From: Craspedostauros australis | Taxonomy: Eukaryota | DNA length: 44,078 nucleotides | NCBI GenBank assembly: GCA_030167865.1 | Contig: JALAGF010000701.1 | Location: forward strand, 1-44,078 | Direction of reading: 5' to 3' | Shown: positions 1 through 12,013 of the stretch, one piece after another | How the letters are laid out: each line of letters begins with the position of its first letter | Numbering within the stretch: position 1 is the first letter of the stretch | The notes under the pieces: generated by a model | The model's database searches: none | What the model saw: only the letters and a program-made list of their open reading frames with translations | What the model was told of the DNA's origin: nothing | Translations under genes and position numbers: made by a program

Positions 1-83
<83 letters not shown>
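1..83. repeat. (GTA)n trinucleotide microsatellite, truncated by window edge
   Basis: About 27 perfect GTA units from base 1. Confidence 0.98.
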
Positions 84-84
<1 letters not shown>

Positions 85-657
85 TGCACAGATGTGAGAT
101 CCGCAAGTCGCATCAAATCATTGATGTTCTCGGCATGAGAGTGGCTCCGTGATGATGTGTGGTTGGTGTTTGTTGATGTCATTTCAAAGATAGCTTCTTT
201 GTTCAATTTGTGTGTTTGTGTGTTCTTCGCCGTAGATTTGTAAATACTTACAAAATACATACAAGTTAGGAGGTACGGCAATATTTACAACGTCAACATT
301 TTGGAATGAGTCGTTTTGGTCCAACGAAGGAAACGAACCAACAAACGCACCACGCAACGGTCACAACAACCACGAGGCAACTGATGGAAGTTGCTTGAAC
401 TGGGCACCAACAGGGGGACTTGTGGCCGTCTCCACCTTCCTGTCTCTGTCTCTCTCTCTCTGAATGACACATAATACATAGAATACTCTATTGCAGCACA
501 GCATCATTGCAATTCATACATATTATACTTGCTACGCCACTATCGCCACCAACGCCACCCGCATTTTCCCACCAATGAAAAGACTGACGCATTGACGTAC
601 GACGACACGAGCCTCATTCTTTTCCATCGCAAGCTCCCCATCCAGGCCTCGTGGATC

Positions 658-2097
658 ATGCGCCATGGCAAGGTCCGCTATGCCATCGCCTTTGCTGTCC
701 CGTTGATCCTGACTTTGATGACCTTGAGGCTGACGCCACGCACACTGGACATCATCAACTTGCACCACGATGACTTTCTCGAATCGGCGTCTCCCAACTC
801 ACGCCAAGGCACTCAGTACTCGTCCAATGGCGAAATCCACGCTCAGGCATCGTTCCGTTGGACGCGCAACATCACGGAGTTCCCAGAATTCATGATGCGG
901 TGGCCAACGGCGGATGCATCCGATCGTCCGCCAAACATGACGTGCGACACTTCAGATCCCACCATTCCGCACGTATTCGACTTCACGAATTTTCCAACAA
1001 CGTACGACAAGGGATCTGTTTTTGAAGAATTGCGCGGAAATCTGAGCGGTTTCTGGGACACTGGAATCACCGCAGCAACTCCCGCCAGCGCCCATCCTCG
1101 AGCGAGGCGCAAAGGCACCATCGTATGCAGCGTCAAGGATTATCAGTACATCGCGGAATTCCCGCATCAGATGCAGCATATCGTGCCATGCTGGTCGTTA
1201 TGGCAACGCTTTCCGAACGCGACACGTATCTTCCTCATCCAACCGAAGGTCCTCGGAAGCTTCATTAGATCGTCTCCCTTTTCCAAGGGCATGGCCAGAG
1301 TCTTGAAGGCAAGCAACATCGAGATCGTCGCTAGAAAAGAGGGACCGTACTTGAAAACACTTGCTCACCAAAACCTGCTCATGGTCTACACAATACGAGG
1401 AGAAGGCTACTGTGGAGCTTTCGAAGACAACATGGGACATTTCAGGAGCAAGGCGCTGGCTGCGCATGGCCTGGATCGATACCAAAATCGATTCTGCGAT
1501 GCGACTCCTATGCATGCAACGCGAGGCATTCCGTTGGGTGAAGCTCATGGTCGAACAAACGGTGATGGAGACATGAAGGATGGGCATGCCGTGAATGACA
1601 AGCAACTCCCCCCACCTCGCATTGGCATCTTCAATCGCAAATCGACGAGGCATTTGATCGGCGCGCACAACATCTCCAATCGTATCCGACAGGAATTCGA
1701 TCTGCCGTACACGCCGCCGGTGTTCTTCTTTGAAGGCATGTCCTTCAAGGAGCAGATGGAGTCGTTCTCCAATGTCGATATCCTCTTGACGCCTCACGGT
1801 GCGAGCCTTGCTGGAATCCCTTTCATGACGCGTTGCAGCGCTGTGATCGAGATATTCCCAGACCTGTACGGTCGTACCGATTTTTATGGAACCCTGGCGG
1901 CCATGGCTGGCGTGAATCATTCCTTCGTCTACCTCGGTGACGGCCCTGTGCAGGATCCCAACCTATTGCCAGCAGAAGTGAAGATACGTGCTCGCAATGA
2001 GTATTTGTGCGCGCCGGAAAACGCGATCATCCAAGCGATCCGGATTCAGATCGACCGATGGCACAATTGCTGCGGATTTGGCGGTGGATTGGGTTGA
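658..2097 (+). CDS. Type II membrane glycosyltransferase, GT61/DUF563-like (paralog A)
   Basis: First ATG matching the paralog start is at 658 (MRHGKVRYAIAF...). There is an N-terminal signal anchor and C-terminal GT61-type motifs 'RIGIFNR', 'FEGMSFKEQMESFSNVDILLTPHGASLAGIPFM...AVIEIFP'. Confidence 0.8.
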   Translation: MRHGKVRYAIAFAVPLILTLMTLRLTPRTLDIINLHHDDFLESASPNSRQGTQYSSNGEIHAQASFRWTRNITEFPEFMMRWPTADASDRPPNMTCDTSDPTIPHVFDFTNFPTTYDKGSVFEELRGNLSGFWDTGITAATPASAHPRARRKGTIVCSVKDYQYIAEFPHQMQHIVPCWSLWQRFPNATRIFLIQPKVLGSFIRSSPFSKGMARVLKASNIEIVARKEGPYLKTLAHQNLLMVYTIRGEGYCGAFEDNMGHFRSKALAAHGLDRYQNRFCDATPMHATRGIPLGEAHGRTNGDGDMKDGHAVNDKQLPPPRIGIFNRKSTRHLIGAHNISNRIRQEFDLPYTPPVFFFEGMSFKEQMESFSNVDILLTPHGASLAGIPFMTRCSAVIEIFPDLYGRTDFYGTLAAMAGVNHSFVYLGDGPVQDPNLLPAEVKIRARNEYLCAPENAIIQAIRIQIDRWHNCCGFGGGLG

Positions 2098-3513
2098 GAG
2101 CGAATCCTGGAGACACACCCAAGCAGCCGTGGCGATGCCGCATAGTATTGCCGTCTGCCAAGTCCAAGATCATTGGATCTTCCATTGGTGCGGATAAATC
2201 GCATGGCTGGACACCATGCGGCACCCCGCACACCCTGGCAAAGCAAAAGCACGCTCGGATGAAAGGATGAAGGCTGCGCCCCCGCTTCACGACCGCAACG
2301 GTCAATACCCTGAGGGAACCTCGGGGTGGATACCATGCGCCATGGCATTCACTCCTGCTATTCTCGTCGTTGTGACGTTTTCTGACCTGGCGCATCGGGG
2401 TAACGTCGTGGACCCAACTTGGTTGGAATACTCGCACCATACAACGACGAAGCAGATCGAAGCCCGCTTCTCCATTCTGCGATTGTGTTGGAATTGAGTT
2501 TCCTTCATGAATCGAAAACGTTTGTTCCAATTGAACTCCGCTGATGCTCTGGCCGCGACCATAGCCTTTCAATTCCGGCAAAACAAATCACCAACAAAAG
2601 GAGTGGAGTGTCTGGATTCCACATTCATGCACATCCCAAGCATGTCGTCGCAAAAGGCAGCCAAAAGAAGCGCGATCGGCCGAAAGATGACGGAAGAAAA
2701 CACGCTTTGAAAACGAGTGCAGAGCCTGTTCTTGGACAGACTCTGTGGGCTCTGCAGAATGGCAAAGACTGCGCGTCTGATGGATGTCGACGTGTGAGAA
2801 AGAGAATTCGACTCGTTTCGTGCAGAAAGCAGTCATCCTCAATATATTTAGTTGTATTTGTGTACTTGACGCGTCTCCCATTCAATGGTCTTGATGTATT
2901 GAAAATCGAGTGATGCGTCTAAAACAAATAACACTTGGTTTCACATCGAATTCGAAACTGCAGCGCGTTGTGGTCGTGGTTTTGACGTCGAGGGGCCATA
3001 GTAAATCGTCCATTATTATGCCATATGAGTCATACGGGCAAAAAGATCCCTTTTTTGCCGTTGTTGCATCAATTCGTTCTGTTCTATTGTGGCTCATGTT
3101 TATCAAAGGTCATGGAATAACTTGGCCCTTTTTGTTTGAAGAAATGGACAATGACCCAACCACTATTCCGGCAACACACCAGCCATCGTCACGAACTGCA
3201 ACGTGTCCCCAACTGGCGTCAGAACTCCAGACAACCACCTCCCACACCATCACGACCAAACATCAGCACCCCAAAAAAGGGCACAACCACACTGATACGA
3301 AGAGAGACAGACCCAGTGGTCGTTCGCTTGGAGTCGTAGGGTGAGAGTGACGAGAGAGAGAGAGCCGGCTGCGTTGGGCATTGACGACCATCAGAATCGC
3401 CCAGCGGACATTATTAGTATTATAGTACATTGACCCATCAACCGGAGGATCGATACATCAGCGACACACGGATCTCACTCTTTTCCATTGCACCTCGTTG
3501 AAGCGACCCCATC

Positions 3514-5148
3514 ATGCGTAATGACAATCTCCGCCTTGGCGTTGTCCTGGGCGCCATCCTGATCCTGATCTTGTCGAGCTTGAGGATGACACCCACGCTT
3601 GACGTCATCAGCTTTCAACAAGACGCGGCTGTCGGATCGGGGTCTTCCTACCAAGCCGCTGGCTACAATGCCATTGGTACCAGCACAATCAACACCCGCA
3701 TCACCAGTGACGGTGCGGCTGCCACTGCCAGCACTACGGCTGCGAGTACGGCTGCGAGTACAACCGCGAGTACGGCTGCTAGTACGACTGCCAGCACTAC
3801 GGCTGCGAGTACTACTGCGAGTACGACCGCGAGTACGGCTGCCAGCCCCACCACCAGCCACAACGCCAGCACAAGTTCCAACACCGTCGCCAATACCAGC
3901 CCCACCATCACCATCACGAGTGCCAACACTAGCCATGCCGACACACCGATCCGTTCGGCGTCCAACGTCATTGAGTTCCCAGAATTCATGATGCAGTGGC
4001 CAACGGAAGACGTATCCTATCATCTGCCGAATGCCACATGCGACACTTCAGATCCCACCATACCATTCATTTTCGGTATCACCGACTACCCGAAAACGCA
4101 TGTCAATTCACGTTCTTTCCTCGCATTGTATGGGAATATGAGCGATTTCTGGGACACTGAGACAGCCGCAGCATCTCCCGCTGACAACGAGACTGCATCG
4201 AAGCCCGACGGTACAGTTGTGTGCGCCGTCAGGGCCAACAAATTCATCGAGCAATTCCCGCATCAGATGCAGCATCTCGTGCCATGCTGGTCGTTTTGGC
4301 AACACTTTCCGAATGCAACCCATGTCTTACTCCTTCATCCGGACGTCTATGGACCCTTCTTCAATTCGTCCGCATTTTCCAAGGGCATGCTCAAGGTGCT
4401 GGAGGCGAGCGGTATCAAAATCGTTGCTGTAGAGGAGGAACCGTACTTGCGATCATTCCCTCCCGAGGAGCTGCTTGCCGTCCAGACGAAACGAAGAGAA
4501 GGCTTCCGCGGAATCTTCAAAGATAACATGAAAGATTTTCGGAACAAGGCGTTGGCTGCGCATGGCCTGGATCGATACCAAAATCGATTCTGCGGCGCGA
4601 CTCATACAAGCGGCGATGGTGACAAGGAAGAGGAGAATGCCTTGAGTAAGGAGCAACGCCCTCCACCTCGCATTGGCGTCTTCAATCGCGAGAAATGGAG
4701 GCATTTGATCGGCGCGCACAACATCTCCAATCGTATCCGACAGGAATTCGATCTGCCGTACACGCCGCCGGTGTTCTTCTTTGAAGGCATGACCTTCGAG
4801 GAGCAGATGGAGTCGTTCTCCAATGTCGATATCCTCTTGACGCCTCACGGTGCGAGCCTTTCAGGGATTCCTTTCATGACGCGTTGCAGTGCTGTGATCG
4901 AGATATTCCCAGATCTGTACGGCCGCGAGGAGTTTTATGGAACCCTCTCCGCCATGGCGGGTGTGAATCACTCCTTCGTCTACCTCGGCGAGGACAGTGT
5001 GAAAAATCCCACCAAAATGCGAGGATATATCAGGAACGCTGCGCGGAATTCTGTTCTATGCGCATCGGAGCAATCGGTGATCGATGCCGTTCGAATCCAG
5101 ATCGATCAATGGTACAGGTGCTGCGGATTTAGCGGCGGGTCGGATTGA
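3514..5148 (+). CDS. Type II membrane glycosyltransferase, GT61/DUF563-like (paralog B) with Ala/Ser/Thr stem
   Basis: 544-aa ORF with TM segment GVVLGAILILIL and the same 'FEEQ...DILLTPHGA...VIEIFP' motifs. It is collinear with paralog A. Confidence 0.82.
   Translation: MRNDNLRLGVVLGAILILILSSLRMTPTLDVISFQQDAAVGSGSSYQAAGYNAIGTSTINTRITSDGAAATASTTAASTAASTTASTAASTTASTTAASTTASTTASTAASPTTSHNASTSSNTVANTSPTITITSANTSHADTPIRSASNVIEFPEFMMQWPTEDVSYHLPNATCDTSDPTIPFIFGITDYPKTHVNSRSFLALYGNMSDFWDTETAAASPADNETASKPDGTVVCAVRANKFIEQFPHQMQHLVPCWSFWQHFPNATHVLLLHPDVYGPFFNSSAFSKGMLKVLEASGIKIVAVEEEPYLRSFPPEELLAVQTKRREGFRGIFKDNMKDFRNKALAAHGLDRYQNRFCGATHTSGDGDKEEENALSKEQRPPPRIGVFNREKWRHLIGAHNISNRIRQEFDLPYTPPVFFFEGMTFEEQMESFSNVDILLTPHGASLSGIPFMTRCSAVIEIFPDLYGREEFYGTLSAMAGVNHSFVYLGEDSVKNPTKMRGYIRNAARNSVLCASEQSVIDAVRIQIDQWYRCCGFSGGSD
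3727..3846 (+). repeat. Coding tandem repeat (12-15 bp units) encoding (ASTT/ASTA)n mucin-like stem
   Basis: Repeated GCGAGTACG/GCCAGCACT units translate to ASTTAASTAASTTAST...; absent from paralog A. Confidence 0.9.
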
Positions 5149-5718
5149 GAGCGAATCTTGGGGACATTTCCAAGCAGGCGCGGAGCGTTGATCGGTGCGG
5201 ATAAATCACGTGGCTGGATACCATACGTCGCGCGTGTCCAGGATGATGTGGAGAGGCGGGCGCAATCAGGTGCAGCAACGCACGCTGGAATCGAGCATCG
5301 ACAACTTTGGCTGCGCAACATGTCCTCAACGCTTTGTGCGCAGAAGGAGTCGAACACTCTAATATACTCCATGATACTCGTACTATATGATCGATCAAGA
5401 ATGCAAATGGACGCATGTACGTATGGACGCATGATAGTAGATCGGATGCAGAGGCATGAATAGAAGCAGTCTCGAGCACTCTAGTTACTGTTTGGATAGA
5501 CTGAGACGTCCATCCTTTTATATTGAATAAAATTCTAATTTACCCGTACTCCCAATTTCAGTCCGTCGCCAGGCTCGATGACCGTCGATAAATTTTGAAC
5601 AAATCAGGACGCGCAAACGGAAAAGGAGAATCATCAACAGGCAATCAGTCGTGAATAACGGAAGCTTGACAACGCGCGCCTTCGACCACCAAAAAATTTC
5701 TTCGAGGCACTTTTTCGA

Positions 5719-7419
5719 ATGCGTTCAGTGCCGTTTCCACGTTCTTCTGTTGGGCGGCAAGGAACATTGGAGCGTCTGCAGGAGAGAACCATCTGCGTTG
5801 TTCGTCGCCGCAGTTGTCATGACATCCACACACAGGAAGGGAGCGGAACACTCCGTCACGTTCACTTGGAGGGTACCTCGCGGATGCTGAGGCTCCAGCG
5901 CCTGGCTGGCCACGGAACAAGACACAGAACAAGCGCAAGAAGAGACGCAGCATTGGGTCGGACTTCGTCCCACGACATCTTTGCCGAACCTCCATCGTCG
6001 TGCCTCTCCTCTTTCTCCAGACAGCAAAGATGAATCAACCACAAACATCACACCAACTCACATCACACCAGTTGAATCAACGAACGCCAGGGTCACATTC
6101 ACAGTGGACATCGCAACGGCAGTCATCGCAGCAGCAGTCATCACTTCAGCCACAGCCACGACGGACATCAACCGAGCCACCAAGCAACCCGACAGCCTGC
6201 CGTCGCCGGCAAAGACGGAAGCCTTGGAAGCATCGTCCCCCGTGGCGGCACAATTGGGCATGATGCCATCCGTATCGAAGCCATCCGCTCTGGATGTCCG
6301 ACCGAACGGCGGAACTCCCATGAACAAATGGTTCAGTTCTTGCTTGAATCCGTCCATGTCCGACTCCGAAGATGAGGACAATGCGATGCTGGAGGAAGGT
6401 GCGTGTTGGCCAGCGACGTGTCGGAGCGACTTGTGTCGTGCTCGTCGGTGCTTGCTGTCCTCTTCGCAACTGCCCCGTGATGTGCCATCCGTCTGCGCAC
6501 CTCACATCGATGCTTGTTCGCTGGTTCCTCCGGTCATTGCATTCGTCTGCATTCGTCTGCGTGCGCACCATTTTGATTTTCTCCATCTCACCGCCCACAC
6601 GTACGCGTACCACTAGGTACCGAAACAAACACGAGCGAAGATGACAGCGTCGCCTACCAGTTCAAAGAGGAAGAGGTGAAGACCGTTGCGCCCGCAACCA
6701 AGAAGAATGCCGCCAAGCAACAGCCGCCGCCGCACCATGACGAATCGGAACGACTGAAGGATGAGGGCGCATCTGACAACGTCGAGGCTGCTGGCAAGAA
6801 CAATTACGCAAAGCAGCGACCGAATCTGACACAACAGCACAACGAATCTGAACAACTGAAGGATGGAAGCGCATCCAAGACCAACGAAGCTGCCACCAAG
6901 AACCATGACGAACCATGCGATCTGCCCGAGCACCTGAAGGAAGAGCTTGCGTGCAAGGCGGGCGCGTCCCAACAGACCGCGAAGAACGAAATCAATCGCA
7001 ACTTCGCTGCATCGATCTTCTTGCTAGTCCTTGCGGTTGCTGTACTCGTTGCCGGCGGCGGTCTTGTCGCCTTGAATTCAGTCGAACAGCCGCGCATCGA
7101 AATCCCGACCATTGCTCAGGTGCAACAAGCGGTGGCCTCCCAGACCCACCAGGCATCTTCCACAGCGCTGGAATGGTGGACCGATCTCTCGCCAGCCGAT
7201 CCTCAGGACGCGCAATCGTTTTCCGCCACAAACCGCGCGCATACCGCCGTCCAGGACGGCCTCGAGCTCGTCCAGCATTACACCAAGCCCAACGACGCAA
7301 CAGACGCATCGAAGGATGGGCAGGTGGCACGACGATCGTCGATCTTCGAGCGCATCACGCGCGCCTTGCGCCGGCGCAGGAGCACGGATCATAAGTCCAA
7401 GCACATGCTGGTGGTGTGA
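5719..7419 (+). CDS. Hypothetical protein with one TM helix in the C-terminal half; proposed exons 5719-5872, 6021-6398, 6617-7419 (~444 aa)
   Basis: Intron 6399-6616 (G|GTGCGT...CTAG) joins ..LEE-G-TETNTSEDD.. in frame. The proposed intron 5873-6020 (GTACCT...CTTTCTCCAG) also keeps frame, but exon 1 is tentative. TM segment IFLLVLAVAVLVAGGGLVAL. Confidence 0.55.
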
Positions 7420-9340
7420 AATGGGGGACACGCCGACGGATGCAACAGTAGTTCGGCCAGCGTCTGTCCTCTGCTCCGGTGATTCACGACGATGACGACG
7501 ACAAGGCGGGTCCGCGAAGTGCGCCATTGTGGAACGGATACGATGCATGTAGATAGGACTAAGCGCTCCATGGGCGCAACCTGGAACAAGATGCTTGTTT
7601 CAGGCGTGTACCATACGAAACCGTAGTAATAATAATGCGACAGGGTTAACATGAGAATTTGTAGTCTGGAGTGGAGCTGCAGAGTTGGGAGGCGACGACG
7701 AGACCAGCACTTCGCGTAAACAAGATGGTCCGCGCCACGAAGATTCTTCTGCCAAAAACTCAAGCGAAATGACACAATTGACTCGATCGATCACAAATAG
7801 CTGTCGACGGCACGAGTCGTGGATGCGCACTTTGGTTCGTGTGGTTATGAACAACGACACTCGGACAAGCTAAAATATGTTGATGCAATACGAGGATGTG
7901 AGTACCATGCATGCACGGCGCGTTGGCCTGCTCTGCTGTGCGAGAGATGCAGGACAGCGATCGACAGACCTCCCACATGCGACCATGGGGCTATGGTGTT
8001 TGTAGGCTCGGATGTTGGGCTCGTTTGCACCACTGTCGAGAGAGAAGTCGGGTTTGATTCACAGCCTCCTTCTGCGTCCGACCATGGACAAACATCGGGG
8101 TGTACAGTGCCTGTGCAAGGCGCGCACTTGTCTGCGCTTCTCTATTCGTGCACGCCTCCCAAACGCGGAGACGAAGATGATGAAATCCATTCCGGATACT
8201 CACTCGCATATGCCATACCATGCCATACCATACCAAGCTCTATTCCTACGCCCACGCCGTGAATAGTCGCCGACATACGAGTAGTGGCACATTCATATTG
8301 GTCGAGTATTCCGTAGCATTGCATGGGCACGTTGTGGAGTAACGGAGTGCAGAGAGAAGATGCCAAGTTCCAGTGGAAAACAGGGATTCTGCGCCTTCGA
8401 AATCAAGGGAGCAAAAATGGACCACAAAATCTTGATTCTCTCTTCGTGTGTGTTGCGTCACGCTTCGCTCTGCTTCTCCGTGACTTTCCCTCCAGCACCA
8501 TTCCCACCCAAGCGTACTCGGACAAAGCCGCATGAGATGTTGTTGGCAGGCTTGTCACGGTATCTGCGAAAAGGTTCAAGTATGACTGTTGTGACGTTCC
8601 GACGCTGTCTCCTCGTCCCAGCGCTACTGAGCGTATGCAAACAAGGATGATTCAAACCTCAAACGGCAACAAAACAGCCAAAGTGTTGTTGTTCTGCGAC
8701 TTGCGGCCGTTGTGCTTCTCTCCTCGGCGTGACCGAGGTACCCCACAGGGCTTTGTATGAGATTTCGCAACGTAAGTTGCAGCTGGGGATAGTGCTTATT
8801 CGTGACTGACGCGCGTTTCGTTTTTGTCCCTGGTTGCTTTCGTCACCACGACCAACATATTCATCTGTCCGTATGAGAAATCGATGACGATTTGCATTTA
8901 TCAGTGGAACGGTCACACCTGAAAATACCTATTTGAGCTGTACCACTTTCTCTTTGATGCTTCCGTTCGACTCAATCTTATTTATGTTTCATTTTCTTCT
9001 GATCGTGGCCGGCGCGGCCAGAATCGTCCTCAACAAAACAACAACCAACAACAACGGAACACCATCGCAATTGCAGTGCAAGCCCGACTATAGCAGAAAC
9101 ACCAAAAGGATTTTGCTCAAAACACCAACGCACACAAACACATAGCTCGCACCAGAGTACTGGACATCCGTGTAAGAATAGGCGCAGCAGCGGCAATAGC
9201 AGCTCGTGGAGCATTCTTGTGGTGTGTACGAAGTAGATCGCGCATACTCTGCATGCGTCCATGTGTGCTCGTATCATTGTTGTTCATAACACAACAAACG
9301 AAGCAGGATAGAGGCGACGCTGATGCCCTGAAAGCGAATC

Positions 9341-9370
9341 GCATCACATCACATCACATCACATCACATC
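9341..9370. repeat. (CATCA)n pentanucleotide repeat directly before a start codon
   Basis: gcatcacatcacatcacatcacatcacatc followed by g-ATG at 9372. Confidence 0.9.
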
Positions 9371-9371
9371 G

Positions 9372-12013
9372 ATGTACGCCAACCAACACCCCGCTTCACC
9401 AATGCCAACCGTCGTGAACTCGAGCAGTGACAGCGGCAGCACCAGATCGCAGCCCGCACGCGACTACTCCAGTCAACCGCACAGGATGATCGCCACAACG
9501 GCAAGCTTACGGCGCACATCCACTCATGATGGGAGCATTGACGAAAGCACCGCAAGCCGCTCCACTGGGAATGTTGCACCAAGCACCCATCCGTCCTACG
9601 GCACCAACGCCACTGTGGCCGTCCACGCGCATGCTGTGCCTCACGCCAGCGCAGGGATGCCCGGGACAACCATCGCGCTGTCTCCGTTTCATGCATCGCA
9701 CAGCGCTCGGTACCCTCACGCATCCTCAGCGACAGCACCAATGGGAGAACGTGTGGTCGTGTTGCGCGAGGTTGGACCGGGCGCTGCCTATGCGGCTCCG
9801 CAAGGAACACTGGCTTCGACTGCTCCAATCAGGTTGATTACCGATCCGATCACAAACATGACGTATCAGCAGGTCGACATAGAAGGCGACTATGTGAGAC
9901 GAGGATTCCACATCGCCACCATGAACACCGATCCCCAGATCGTCCAGCAACCTCCCGCAAACCAACACTACGCACGGGGTTGCGTTGTCCAAACAATCCC
10001 TAACGCAGCGGCAGCTCGGGTAGCAAACATCGCCAACACGGCCTCGCCACCGCCGCCGCTACCGACGACAGCCACGGCAAGACAACCTCCGTCCGCACAT
10101 TACGCTGCGAATGGACACCAACATGGTCATCAGCATCAACATCAACATCTTCCGCATGGTACACAAATGCTCGTCGAGGTCAGCAACAGCCAGAACAGCC
10201 GCACCCCTGTGGTTGTACAACACGATCCATACCAGAGGGGTCGAATGGAGTATCATCCCCACCAGCAGCATCAGTTGTATACAACAGTGCCGGTGCCAGC
10301 ACGGGCGCCAACACGAACACAAACTCGAACACCTGCGCAATTCGTAAGCGTTGACGGTCGGCAGACATCGATTGAAACACAGTCGGACAGGCCGCTTGGG
10401 CCAGCCAACAGCGGGGCGCGCATCATGGGGCACGATGGCAACGCATATTTATCACGTGCTCTCCCGACAGTCCAGCGCGTGTATCCCTATCCTCCACCGC
10501 AGCCGGTCCAAGGGAACGATGGCGTCCACCCTGACACAATGATCACGATGCCCGCTTCCGTGCTCGCCTCCTTGGGCATCAATGTGGCGCAGCTTCTCGG
10601 GCAGAATCCGCACGTGACACATCCTCCGTTGCCGCCTGCACAGTCTCCGAGACGCCAGAATGCCCTTCAACCAAGCAATGTGGCAACGAGTGGAACTCCC
10701 CATATCAGCAACGTTGATGTCAACAGAAATGGGCAGAGTAGCAGCGCTGACAATACTGGCAGCGTCAGCGATGGTGTTGGCGTTGTCGCTCACACAAACA
10801 ACAGCGCGGGTGTAACGCACGCCCAACAACCAGTCCCCACGCAGGGGCATGTCGCGGCAAGCAGGGCAACGGCCGCACCGACCGCACCCGCCGTAAACCC
10901 GGCCACTGGGCCCACGACGCCTCGGACACACCAAACGGAAACTGCAAGCGACGACGGGCGCAACCAGACAGCGGCGACTCAGTCCGACGAGCAAGTCGAT
11001 ACCGACGCAGACGGAAATGTCGTCTTCCGGGTGCCGGATGCTCCCGCCGGGACCCATCCGCCAGTGATTGTGTACATGCCAAACGACGAAGACCATCTCT
11101 CTGAATACCAGTGCATGCTGAGGCAACAGGTCGAGTTCTTTGAAGCGTAAGTCGAGCAATCCGGCGCGGAGTGAGGTGGGACTATATGCAATGATTTGCC
11201 ATGCGATATCTTGCTCTTGCTTTTGTGCTCGCTGTTGATGTGTTGGAGCTACTCCCTTCGAGGACACAATTAAGGACCTGAAATGAAACGCGAGGCCGAT
11301 GTTGGATTTGCTGGATGCGCACCGTCTTCATCGGTGTGTTTGTGCACATGTTTTCATCGTGCTTCCATGCGCTTCACGATGTACCACCAATCCATGCTCG
11401 GCTCTCCGCATCCCTACTTCACCACAATGCTCTCATTTCTCACACATGATTCCATCGCATAACTTGTACACTCTGTTTCATGCGACGGCACGATACGGCA
11501 TTGGCACATTTCGCGTCATTGAATCAATGTTCCTCATTATACAACGCGCCGTGCACTCTCATGCACTCGCTCGCTTGGTTGCTATTACATGCTATAATAT
11601 ATTACAGGACGCCGAATGATCTAAAATGGAATATGCAGGGGAGGAACATCCCCATCGTGATCGGCCAGGTGGGCATCAGGTGCCGGTACTGCGCCAAGCT
11701 TCCAACGTGGTCGAGAGCACGCGGCGCCGTGTACTACTCGGCCAATCTGGCGGGCCTGTACCAGGCTGCCCAGAACATGTCCAAGAACCATCTCTGCAAG
11801 CACTGCCGCCTCCTGCCGGCAGACATCAAGAAGAAACTGACTGCGCTGAGACGTAGCAGACGTCGCGCTGGAGGCGGCAAGTGCTACTGGGCCGAGGGAG
11901 CCACGAAATTGGGGATCGTCCAAACGAAGGATGGACTGCGCTTTGCAACGTCGGTGAACAATACGAGCACAATTGTGGCTGAAGGTCGGGAAGGGAAGCA
12001 AAAGGAAAAATAA
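9372..12013 (+). CDS. Diatom-type uncharacterised protein: long H/Q/P-rich disordered region plus C-terminal 'GQVGIRCxxC' Cys/His domain (putative transcription regulator); exons 9372-11146, 11608-12013 (726 aa)
   Basis: Intron 11147-11607 (GC|GTAAGT...TTACAG|G) fuses LSEYQCMLRQQVEFFEA to TPNDLKWNMQGRNIPIVIGQVGIRCRYCA...GAVYY...GLYQAAQNM..HL..HC. Confidence 0.85.

Noticed and set aside
1-83. Telomere repeat
   Set aside because: The unit is GTA, not the TTAGGG-type repeat expected in diatoms; it is better explained as a microsatellite.
5819-6398. In-frame TGA at 5888 (RGC*GSS) as selenocysteine or readthrough
   Set aside because: The TGA falls inside a plausible GT-AG intron (5873-6020) with a strong polypyrimidine acceptor. 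No selenoprotein motif or SECIS was recognised.
7420-9340. Short overlapping ORFs between genes
   Set aside because: No consistent frame, splice model or motif; likely the promoter and UTR of the 9372 gene.
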